64,000 nucleotides of DNA, taken from contig JALHMH010000001.1 in NCBI GenBank assembly GCA_022844165.1, positions 96,001-160,000 on the forward strand, in the 5' to 3' direction. How positions within the stretch are numbered: position 1 is the stretch's first letter; each line of letters begins with the position of its first letter. A program made the translations under genes and the position numbers. Below are positions 46,410 through 54,900 of the stretch, in pieces. The stretch comes from Lysobacterales bacterium (GTDB lineage Bacteria; Pseudomonadota; Gammaproteobacteria; Xanthomonadales; SZUA-5). The notes under the pieces are model-generated. The model was not told where the DNA came from. It worked only from the letters and a program-made list of their open reading frames with translations, and did not search any database.

Positions 46410-46736
46410 TCACTCGATCAAGTTGATCGCAAACCCGATAAAAGTGGTTCCGACCGCATCGTAAGTGGCAATTTGCCCGTTGGGTGCGATTGCGACAAAC
46501 GGGGTTCCTTGCCCTGAAGTCCCAGCAACAGCATGCCCATATGGCGTCACCGCCAATGCATCGTCCGGGACACCAATTTCTTCGAGGGGCGGCGTGGTCC
46601 GGGATTGAGCAACAGGATAGTTTCCGCTGTTCCACTCCGTGGTGTTCCATTTTCCATCGCTTCCCAGCCATTGGACTGAGAAATTGAATACGTACCCACC
46701 CTTATTGTTCACTGTGATTTTCTGAACTGGTCGCAT
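46410..46736 (-). CDS. Small beta-rich protein resembling domain 4 of thiol-activated (cholesterol-dependent) cytolysins
   Basis: AGGAG RBS; KITVNNKGGYVFNFSVQW and C-terminal GTTF resemble recalled CDC D4 motifs (..HSGGYVAQF.ISW, GTTL); 108 aa. Confidence 0.6.
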   Translation of the reverse strand: MRPVQKITVNNKGGYVFNFSVQWLGSDGKWNTTEWNSGNYPVAQSRTTPPLEEIGVPDDALAVTPYGHAVAGTSGQGTPFVAIAPNGQIATYDAVGTTFIGFAINLIE

Positions 46737-47046
46737 GGCAGTCTCCTGGACGAAATGAAGAGGCTGATCGCCTCATGATGTGTGATTGCGACTCGTGATC
46801 CGACCACAACAAGCGAAACTGCGAGCCGCGAAATCAGCATCCACTTGCCAGCCAGAACCTGCCTTTCGGAAACCTGTTGGTGTCGGACCACAAGCAGTTT
46901 TTGTCTGATGGAAACCTGTGCTTTCACGTTTTCATTCTTGTCCTCGTCCTGTACCAGTGTGGAGACGACCGTTGTTGTAGAGACCAGGGATCGGCTGATC
47001 GCGCGTCCAGGTCAATCGACGCAGCGTCATGCGAATCACAGGCCAA

Positions 47047-47208
47047 TCTGGCAGGCTTTGAGGAAACAGCCTGCTGGTGCGAATCGGGGATGGTTCGCTC
47101 ATGGATCGAGCACGCAAGTGGCTAACCCATGGAGACCAAGTCCGGACATGCGCCGGACTCGCGACGGGAGAAACGCACAGGAAGTGCGTTTCTCAACAAC
47201 GGGCCAGA
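47047..47208 (+). mobile_element. MITE-like element, full-length copy B (162 bp)
   Basis: Imperfect TIRs TCTGGCAGGCTTTGAGGAAA / TTTCTCAACAACGGGCCAGA; internal hairpins; 47093-47208 aligns with the reverse complement of 52633-52748. Confidence 0.65.
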
Positions 47209-47286
47209 CGGGTGGGATTCCGGACCAGATTGGATCGAGCGTGTCCGGCCAGTGCGTGGGCTGACACCACGAGCAAAGGGAGTCGG

Positions 47287-47670
47287 TCAGCCGCCGTCGC
47301 CGGTTTCGCCGTCATTGCCGACCTGCGGGTCGATAGTGAGTACCGAATCATCTTCGATCAGGATGCAATACAGATGGAGATTGCCATCGAAAATGGCACC
47401 CTGAGGAGATTCAAAGGTCGCCGCCAGTTCGTCGGCATTCCGCGAGGCGCTGCTCCAGCGTGTTTCAATGCCGGGCATATTGCCTTTTGTTGGATGAAAA
47501 CGGCAGCCGCAAAACGCGACGGTACTCGAATCCAGTTTGAAAACGATGGTTCCGCGAACGCAGCCTTTGCCGAATTGGTAGCCAGCGTTGCCCGGAGGTG
47601 GGTCAAAAGAGAAACGACCTTCCGCGACAGAGACCGAGACATTCAGAAGCGTGACAGGGGGCTTTGGCAT
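47287..47670 (-). CDS. DP-EP-family-like protein
   Basis: AAGGAG RBS; beta-rich 127 aa; C-terminal IDPQVGNDG with Gly-rich tail. Confidence 0.6.
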   Translation of the reverse strand: MPKPPVTLLNVSVSVAEGRFSFDPPPGNAGYQFGKGCVRGTIVFKLDSSTVAFCGCRFHPTKGNMPGIETRWSSASRNADELAATFESPQGAIFDGNLHLYCILIEDDSVLTIDPQVGNDGETGDGG

Positions 47671-47715
47671 TGGACAACTCCTTGGTGATTGGATTTTCAT
47701 CGGAATCATCTGCAC

Positions 47716-47832
47716 TCAGAGGCAATGCGCCCAGTGGCAGGTGATACAGCGATAGTCAAAGTGTGGATCGAATGTAGCAAAATGAGGCCCGTTCCCAAGT
47801 GTTCTCGAGCCCACGCTTGCCTTATTCGTCAT
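47716..47832 (-). CDS. Putative 38-aa peptide MTNKASVGSRTLGNGPHFATFDPHFDYRCITCHWAHCL
   Basis: ATG overlaps the TGA of the upstream receptor gene (ATGA); contains CxxCH plus HC. Confidence 0.4.
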   Translation of the reverse strand: MTNKASVGSRTLGNGPHFATFDPHFDYRCITCHWAHCL

Positions 47833-50800
47833 GGCGAAGTCGGCCCATGAACAACAACGCCGAGTTGGCCAAGTTCGACGTGCACCGGATGGCGATAGTG
47901 ACTCTTCTGCAGCAGTTGGTCTTCCACGGGAGCCGGCATTCCCGCCAACAGATGTGCCTGCACCCAAAGGGCGAGCACAGTTGGATCGCGAGAGTTTCTT
48001 GCGATAGGCGCCAATCGTGCGCGGACCAGGGCCAAATCTGCGCCGGCCTCGTCTAATCGGCCGTTGCGCGCCAGGCGTCCACCGCGGGCGATCAGTGCTC
48101 TGGCCAGCGCAGCACGACCCGGCACATCTTCTGGTGCCTGATCGACCAGCTGGCCAAGTCGCTCCAGGTCTCGGGCCTCATCTTCGTATCGCTGTTCCCG
48201 AGCGGCCAATTGGATTGCGATCAGCGCCTCCATTCGCCGCCACTCTTCAGGTGCTTGTTCGTCAGAGGACAAGGAAATGGCCACCGCATTGGCTTGTTGC
48301 AAAAGCCGGTATTCCATGTCCAATTCACCATCGGAGCGCGCCAATTCGGCTCGTTCAAGCAGCGAATGCGCCAAGTCGCGCCGCCACACGCGGTTTTCTG
48401 GCGATTTTGGTAAGAGTGCTTCGAGTCGCAAAATACTCTCATCAAACATCTCTCTGGCCTTCTTGGAACGTCCAAGTTGCAAGGCAGCTACCGCGCCTCG
48501 CCGCAGTGAATTGGCCAATCGCCGCTCCCAGGCCAGTGCAGTCGGTCGATCGCGAAGCATCGTGCGTAGTAGTGCGATCTGCTCTGCAAAGCCCTCGGCT
48601 GCCGCTTCCAGCCGCCCCTCGGCACGTTCAGCGCTGCTGATCCAGGACAACGTATCGACCAGTTCGAAGCGGAGATCCGCGTCTTCCGGGCGATGCTGCA
48701 AAGCGCGCTGTTTCAGGGCCGCAGAGTCGCGAAATCGCGCCAGCGCTTCCCGGTTACGGCCCTCGTCTTTAGCCAACGTGCCCAAATTGTTCAGCGCATA
48801 AGACTGCTCCACGAGCCATTCCGGCTCGTTCGGCGCGCGCTTCAATAGTTCTTCGGTATGCGCCAGATAACGGTGCCAGTACTCCGACGCAAGCGTGTAG
48901 TTCTTGCGCCGATAGTGGTAATAACCAAGCCAGTAGGCAGCCGTCCCCGATTCGGCGATGGCGAGAATCGAATTCGTCGATCGGCTGCGCGCCATGTCGG
49001 TCGCAACTTCGGCCGCCTCAAAGGCCGCGCGTGCTGAGCCGAGCGCACCTTGTTGCATTTGTGATTCACCCATTGTGCGTAGTGCCCGTGCCCGATTGAT
49101 CAACTCCTCCGTGCTCATGCCCGACGGATTGTCGCGGCCGAGTACCGCCAACGCCTCGCGACCGACATCGTCGAGCAAGGCGATTTGACCTAGCGGGCGC
49201 AGCTTTTCAGCCAGGTCCGCGAGCATGTAATCGGACAATCTGATGGCCTCCCGCCGCCGTACCTCAGATTCGCGTTGCGCCAGCATGGCCCATCCAGCCA
49301 TCGCGAAAGCGACCAAACTGAGTGCCACCAGAGCGCCTTGGGCAACGCGCCGCACGCGCCGCTCGCGATCCTGCCGCCGTTGCGACGCCTTGAGCAACGC
49401 GCTTTCACGAGGACAGAGCGGCTCCTGCGAACGGGCAGCAGCGTCCAAGGCCTCTTGCAGAGGCAGTCCCGGTGCCAACAAATAATCGTCGCGCCACCCG
49501 GCCTCTTCCCATGCCGTCGTAGCGCGATGCAGCCGAGCCCGCGCCTGCAGCATCCGACGATTGTCATGCACCCAATCGCGCGCACGCGGCCACTGCCGAA
49601 TCAGAGCTTCATGGGCGATACCAACATCGGGTCGGCCCTGATCGCTGCCGGCCACGAACAATCGCGCCGCAATGAAAGCGTCGACCAATGCGCAGGTCTC
49701 GATATCCGGGAGTGCCTCTCGCAAAACGCGCCTGCAAGCGCCAGCACTATCGACATCGACCGTGATCATTCGCGACAGCACACCTTCCAGGCGCGCGCGT
49801 ACACCGGCCGCAAGCGCTGCGTAGGTCTCGTCAGCCCGTCGCGCCAACGCGCCTTCCAGGCCGCCAATCGCGCGATATGCCGCAAAGCTGAGCATGCCCT
49901 TGGCGTCGCGATGTTCGTAGAGCAGCTGCAGCGTGTGCTGCAGCAGTGGCAGCGCATCGGGTTGGGCGACAGCGGCGTCGCGGAGTACATCGTCCAGTCG
50001 CAGCGCGGTGGTTGGTTCTTCTTCGAAACTCAGGCCCGATAGCAGCGCCGGCATGCGCACGATCTGTGCGATCTCGCCACTTCGAGGCGGCAGAACATCG
50101 ACGTGACCATCGCCGCCTTTGCGCTCGGCCAATCCGGGCAACGCTGCGACCAGCGCCGGATAGTAGTCTGCGCGAACGATCATGATGCATGCCGCCTTCC
50201 GGTGCGCACAGATCGCTTCGATGGACCGCCAGATCTGACTTCTGCTGTCGCTCCGGGGCTGATGGCCGGCGACCAGCGTTTCGGCATGATCAATGGTCAG
50301 AAGTGCGAAACCATCGTCGGGCGAGCTCGGTGCACGCCGCCAGGCGTCATCGAGGGCGTCGACGATGAAGTTTGCGGACTCCGATAGTTTTGCTACCAGG
50401 GCTTCGGTAGGCTGTGGCGGCAAAATCGGACGACCATCAAGCGCCCAGGTCGCCAACGACTCTGCCAATCGCGACAGAAGCGCATCTGCCTGCGCCGCCG
50501 CGAAGTCGCAATGCGCCACCGCTGCCGCGGACATGCCGTCAAACCCGCCCGCCTGCCGCAGTAGCGGAACAATGCCAGCCGACAGCAGCGAGCTTTTCCC
50601 GCAACCACTGGCGCCAACCAGGAGCACCAGCCCGTTGCCATTCTCGCGCTGCCGACGCAATGCCGCGAGTGCTTCCGCCGTTTGTCGAGTCCGACCATAG
50701 AACACATCGGCGTGCGAACCATCGAACGCCGATAGCCCCACATAAGGATCGCGCCCCGTCCACCCCGAGGTCTGCAGAGGGTGCGGGCGGTAGTCCTCGG

Positions 50801-51149
50801 GAAAGACCACTGGCGCGATCAGTCGGTATCCGCGTTTGCGAATGGTTTCGATGCACTCGGGATGCTTCGGGTCGTCTCGAAAGTGACGGCGCAACTGGGC
50901 AATCGCGCGGTGGACGGGGTTGTCGCCGTAGAACGTGCCCCGCCAGACTTCAATCAGCAACTGTTCGGCGCTGACGACCTCTCCAGCGCGCTCCGCCAAG
51001 GCGACCAGCACTTCCATCACCCGCGGTTCGAGCGCGAGGACTTGTCCGTCGCGCTCGATCGCCAACCGCTCTGGAAACACCAGGCTGGCGCCCACCCGAA
51101 AGCGCGAGGCCGATACCAAACTGCGAATTCGGTCGCTGCGTCGCGGCAT
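47829..51149 (-). CDS. CadC/ToxR-type winged-helix + STAND (nSTAND1-like) NTPase + TM + TPR protein
   Basis: LEPRVMEVL..LAERAGEVVS, IAQLRRHF.DD....IETIRKRGY wHTH; PYVGL.AF....FYGR, GASGCGKS Walker A, LLTIDHAE Walker B, ALPLLQ, HEALIRQWPR; TM; TPR-like C-terminus. Confidence 0.88.
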   Translation of the reverse strand: MPRRSDRIRSLVSASRFRVGASLVFPERLAIERDGQVLALEPRVMEVLVALAERAGEVVSAEQLLIEVWRGTFYGDNPVHRAIAQLRRHFRDDPKHPECIETIRKRGYRLIAPVVFPEDYRPHPLQTSGWTGRDPYVGLSAFDGSHADVFYGRTRQTAEALAALRRQRENGNGLVLLVGASGCGKSSLLSAGIVPLLRQAGGFDGMSAAAVAHCDFAAAQADALLSRLAESLATWALDGRPILPPQPTEALVAKLSESANFIVDALDDAWRRAPSSPDDGFALLTIDHAETLVAGHQPRSDSRSQIWRSIEAICAHRKAACIMIVRADYYPALVAALPGLAERKGGDGHVDVLPPRSGEIAQIVRMPALLSGLSFEEEPTTALRLDDVLRDAAVAQPDALPLLQHTLQLLYEHRDAKGMLSFAAYRAIGGLEGALARRADETYAALAAGVRARLEGVLSRMITVDVDSAGACRRVLREALPDIETCALVDAFIAARLFVAGSDQGRPDVGIAHEALIRQWPRARDWVHDNRRMLQARARLHRATTAWEEAGWRDDYLLAPGLPLQEALDAAARSQEPLCPRESALLKASQRRQDRERRVRRVAQGALVALSLVAFAMAGWAMLAQRESEVRRREAIRLSDYMLADLAEKLRPLGQIALLDDVGREALAVLGRDNPSGMSTEELINRARALRTMGESQMQQGALGSARAAFEAAEVATDMARSRSTNSILAIAESGTAAYWLGYYHYRRKNYTLASEYWHRYLAHTEELLKRAPNEPEWLVEQSYALNNLGTLAKDEGRNREALARFRDSAALKQRALQHRPEDADLRFELVDTLSWISSAERAEGRLEAAAEGFAEQIALLRTMLRDRPTALAWERRLANSLRRGAVAALQLGRSKKAREMFDESILRLEALLPKSPENRVWRRDLAHSLLERAELARSDGELDMEYRLLQQANAVAISLSSDEQAPEEWRRMEALIAIQLAAREQRYEDEARDLERLGQLVDQAPEDVPGRAALARALIARGGRLARNGRLDEAGADLALVRARLAPIARNSRDPTVLALWVQAHLLAGMPAPVEDQLLQKSHYRHPVHVELGQLGVVVHGPTSP

Positions 51150-51346
51150 ACCTTGGCCCCCTGGCTTTCGAATGCGGTCGAGCGATGTGGCGCGCACTTG
51201 AGCCGCAAAGTGTACACGAGTGTTGTAAGAAGTATTCCGAGTATTGCGAAAACATTGCCGAATGCAATGCTCGTTGGCGCCGGGGCAGCCAGCGTGGACC
51301 TGCGCCGATAGAATTGCGCAGGTCGAAGGATGAAGAGCCGCCCTGC

Positions 51347-52588
51347 CTAAGATTTTTCGTGCTGCTCCGTTGCGGCAAAAAACCTCACCAGTTGCTCTGC
51401 TACCTCGCGACGTTTGAGTAAGGCAAAGTGGTTCATCGCGTATCCAATCCACTGCTGGTCGCATGGGAAGCGCAGATTGTGTACAGCATCCGGGTGTTGC
51501 CCAAGCGCACTGGCGATCGACACCAGGCCATCGCCCGTCGGACGTGCGGTCGGACCTGATGATCGGCTCGCAGCCAACGCAAAACTGCGCACATTGGCTG
51601 GCAGTTCGAGTGCTGCACGTGCACCTCGGCGCCGTTCGAATCGATCGGTGCCGCGCCAGTGTTCGTCAAGCACATTGCCATAACGCAAGTCAGTAATGCC
51701 AGCGCTGCGGATCCTTGCCAAACGTGCAAATGGCGCTGAAAACCGGCTGACGCCCAGCGCCATATCGACCCAATTGCCACCCCGTTCGAGCAGTGCACCG
51801 TGGTGCGGCGTGCCGAGGAACGCGACCTTGCTCAGTTTGTCCATCCAACGGTGGCCAGACTGCTCGGCAATGTGCATCGCGCTGCGTACCACCAGCCCAC
51901 CCATGCTGTGGGCCAAGAACGCCAGCTCCTTGGGCTGCGTGCCGCACGTCTGGTACTGGCTTTCCATCAGTTCCGCCAGCTCACGGCCATTCTCAGAAAT
52001 GTGCCTGCCGCTGTTGTAACGCAGATACATCGGCGAAAAGCCATGCGCTGCGGCCAGAGCGGCGCCGTGACTGTAGTCCTCTCCGATCCACTGTCGATCG
52101 CACATACACAGACCATGGACCAGCACCAGCCACTTCGGCTCAGCGCTTCGCTCAGAGGCATTGACCAATCGGGAATGGTCGTTGATGTGCGGCGCGAGCT
52201 GCCCCTCGTGAATCAAGCGCATTTCGATCGCCAGTGGGTTACCGCTCGCCGCCAGATGATCGCCGAGCACGCCATTGAGTGCGGCGATCAAACGTTCGCG
52301 CTCGATTGACGACTCGGGGCGCTCAAGCGCTACAGGCAGCTGTTTAAGCGCCAGATCCAGTCCGCTGCCCACAAGGCGCGTCACGCCGCGCACCGTGCGA
52401 TACACCGCACCGGCAATGCCGTCGGTGCGCTCACGTGGTGCACCGATCGGTTGGGCGATGGCGCCATGCAGCGCTTCGACGAGGTCGGTCACACCTAAGG
52501 TCGCTTGCGTAGCGAGGCGCGCCAGCCCGCGGATGTCAGATCCATGCAGGGGCGGTTTTGGCAAAAGAGAGTCCCTCGCGAACGGCAA
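51347..52588 (-). CDS. PGAP1-like alpha/beta hydrolase (esterase/lipase)
   Basis: VHGLC, YNSG, AHSMGG nucleophile, LGTPHHG, GDGLV, NHF. Confidence 0.85.
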   Translation of the reverse strand: MPFARDSLLPKPPLHGSDIRGLARLATQATLGVTDLVEALHGAIAQPIGAPRERTDGIAGAVYRTVRGVTRLVGSGLDLALKQLPVALERPESSIERERLIAALNGVLGDHLAASGNPLAIEMRLIHEGQLAPHINDHSRLVNASERSAEPKWLVLVHGLCMCDRQWIGEDYSHGAALAAAHGFSPMYLRYNSGRHISENGRELAELMESQYQTCGTQPKELAFLAHSMGGLVVRSAMHIAEQSGHRWMDKLSKVAFLGTPHHGALLERGGNWVDMALGVSRFSAPFARLARIRSAGITDLRYGNVLDEHWRGTDRFERRRGARAALELPANVRSFALAASRSSGPTARPTGDGLVSIASALGQHPDAVHNLRFPCDQQWIGYAMNHFALLKRREVAEQLVRFFAATEQHEKS

Positions 52589-52632
52589 ACTGCCGCAACG
52601 CTGTTCTACGCGAGCAAGGGTCGATTTGCGGC

Positions 52633-52795
52633 TCTAACACGTTGTTGAGGAAGTACTTAACAGCACCTTCTCAACGTCGCGAGTCCAGCGCAGGTCTGGG
52701 CTCGCTCTGCATGGCTCCAGCACTCGCGTGCTCGATCCGTGGTCGAACTCAGCGACAGGCCCGCTTCGTTCGACAGCGCACGGGCGACGCGCTAA
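52633..52795 (-). mobile_element. MITE-like element, full-length copy C (163 bp, inverted)
   Basis: Reverse complement aligns with copy B over ~115 nt; ends TCTAACACGTTGTTGAG and CGGGCGACGCGCTAA; one end overlaps the MFS stop codon. Confidence 0.6.
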
Positions 52796-54117
52796 TCGGC
52801 CACGTGGCTGCCCTTCGGCAACTCCAATCCATGACCATGCGGACCGCGCTCAGTGCGCCAAAGCAAGAAAGAGAACACCAGCCCCAGTGCCGAGAGCGCC
52901 GTGTAAAACCACATGCCGGAGGCATATCCGGCTGGATTGGTTTCGCTCGCCTGACCCCAGTCATTGAGCACGCCGATGATCAGCGGAACGACAGCCCAAC
53001 CCAGTTGTTGGCAAAAGGTCATCAACGAGTACGCCGACCCTAAGCGGCGAGGGTCCACGATGTAGGCAACCGCAGGCCACATTACTGCTGGGATCAATGA
53101 AAACACGCCGCCCAGCAACACGATGACCACGAGCAGCGTCAACGGCACCGCGCCGCTATCGAAGAAGGGCAGCGCGATGAGCGGGCCGGGCGGCAGATAG
53201 GTGACGGCCAGAAACAACGGCAACATCACCAATGAGCCGATCGCCATGAACCAGGAGCGTCGACCAACGCGGTCAACCAGCAATCCGAAAAGTGGTGTGG
53301 CAAAAATGGCCGACAGCGGCAACAGACTGCTCAGCATGCCTGCCGTTTCGCGGTCCAGGCCATGCGCTGTCTGGAAGTAGTTGATGGCAAAGCCGCGGAA
53401 CGGAAACACCGTCGAATAGAACACAACGCACAGCGCTACGATGTACCAGTACGACTTCGAAAACTGGTAAAGGCCCCGAAATTCCAGACGATCCACGTCG
53501 CCGCCGCGGCCCAGATCGACACAACCTTCCAGGCGACGCTCTGTCATCCAGTAGAGCATCGCCGCCGTGAGCGCCACCGCTGCCACACCGGTGGCGAGCC
53601 ACAGAGGATCTTGCCAGTTGCTGTACAGCGGGCTGGCAAACGATGTCGACCAATCAGCCGACGCTGAGCCCAGCCGTGAAATCGAAAGATTGATGCCGAA
53701 AGCGAAACTCAGCTCGCGACCGCGAAACCACTTCGCCAGAACGGTGGTTACGGCGACGATCAAAGGCTCGGCGCCCAGGCCCAGAACAAAGCGGCTGGCC
53801 AGAATGACTTCGTACTGGCTGGTCGCCACGGTCAGCAAAGCCGCGAGCAGACAGAGCGCTGCGAACACGACGATTGCGTTTCGCGCACCGAACCGGTCGA
53901 TGACATAACCGCCAGCCAGCAGAACGAGCAGCGCTGCAACACTGTATGCCGTCGACAGGAGGCCGATTTGCTGAAAACTGAAACCGAGTTGCGAACGCAT
54001 CAGATCGACCACCGGGCCAATCGAATCGTAGATGTAGTAGTTGCCGAACATGGCCAGGCTCACCAGCATCAATGCCAGCCAGCGTTGTGCGGTGGTCGGT
54101 CCAGGTAATGCGTTCAT
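52792..54117 (-). CDS. MFS transporter (MFSD1-like)
   Basis: About 12 hydrophobic segments; GYVIDRFG and GLLVDRVGRR MFS loop motifs. Confidence 0.9.
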   Translation of the reverse strand: MNALPGPTTAQRWLALMLVSLAMFGNYYIYDSIGPVVDLMRSQLGFSFQQIGLLSTAYSVAALLVLLAGGYVIDRFGARNAIVVFAALCLLAALLTVATSQYEVILASRFVLGLGAEPLIVAVTTVLAKWFRGRELSFAFGINLSISRLGSASADWSTSFASPLYSNWQDPLWLATGVAAVALTAAMLYWMTERRLEGCVDLGRGGDVDRLEFRGLYQFSKSYWYIVALCVVFYSTVFPFRGFAINYFQTAHGLDRETAGMLSSLLPLSAIFATPLFGLLVDRVGRRSWFMAIGSLVMLPLFLAVTYLPPGPLIALPFFDSGAVPLTLLVVIVLLGGVFSLIPAVMWPAVAYIVDPRRLGSAYSLMTFCQQLGWAVVPLIIGVLNDWGQASETNPAGYASGMWFYTALSALGLVFSFLLWRTERGPHGHGLELPKGSHVAD

Positions 54118-54233
54118 TGAGCCTCTCGTTGTCGGTCTATCGCATGCGCACAGCGCTCGGCGCCGATATTACGCAACTGCGGATGGCCAGGTTGATGAAT
54201 CGGCAAGCCGGTCGTTAACAATGGATCGTGTAC

Positions 54234-54812
54234 TCACCCAGACCACACGTCCGATGCAGCCAGGCTCGGGCAACTGTCCACCGGTTGGGCTTCTCGCCCG
54301 ACCAACGTCGAATCGAATATCCAGCAGTCATCCAAAACGGAGCAATAACAAACCTGGGCGCTGATATGGTGCCTTTCTACATTCATTGCGTCCCACAACC
54401 TCTTTGGATTCTCTGACTTGCGCAAACGGAACAGTTGCAGCTCGGCTTCAGGCTTCATGACCGGCTGCACTGACGATGTGATCGTGATCGTCGTTTCTTT
54501 CGCGTCGGGAATGCGGCAACAACGATCCAGCAACTGCGACTGGTTGGCAACGGCCTCGCCGCGATAGCGCAAGCTGACCCATCTCACGCGCGCAGGACCT
54601 ACTCCGGCGTTTTCGAGTGAGAGGCTGATCTCCGGTTCCAATGTATCGCTGAGGTTACTACTGCCAAATTGCAAGCTGGGCCAGGTGCTGGCCGCCAGCA
54701 ACTGCTCTTGAACCCGATTGGCAACCGTCGCGACATACACGGATATGGCCGAGATCAGCACGGCCGCCAGAGCCAGTAGCAGATCCACGGACTTGCTTCG
54801 ATTGTGGTTCAT
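54234..54812 (-). CDS. Hypothetical membrane-anchored protein
   Basis: N-terminal TM, WP.LQF, L.NAGVGPA, CYCSVLDDCW. Confidence 0.7.
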   Translation of the reverse strand: MNHNRSKSVDLLLALAAVLISAISVYVATVANRVQEQLLAASTWPSLQFGSSNLSDTLEPEISLSLENAGVGPARVRWVSLRYRGEAVANQSQLLDRCCRIPDAKETTITITSSVQPVMKPEAELQLFRLRKSENPKRLWDAMNVERHHISAQVCYCSVLDDCWIFDSTLVGREAQPVDSCPSLAASDVWSG

Positions 54813-54900
54813 AGGCCAGAGATTTGCGACGTATCGAGTGCACGGTCAAGTCTACCTTGCGCTACCGCTATGATGAGCGCGGCTTACTCTGGAGCACGCC

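Noticed and set aside
46709-46927. 72-aa ORF as a definite gene
   Set aside because: GTG start, overlap with the next gene and no recognisable motif; kept only as a possible leader
47287-47670. ThiS/ubiquitin-like sulfur carrier, because the protein ends in GG near thiG
   Set aside because: At 127 aa with a DPQVGNDG motif it fits a DP-EP-like protein; the GG is part of a Gly-rich tail
52631-52680. Integron attC site (CTCTAAC followed by a palindrome)
   Set aside because: No matching GTTRRRY end at a suitable distance and no integrase; better explained as the terminus of the MITE-like element
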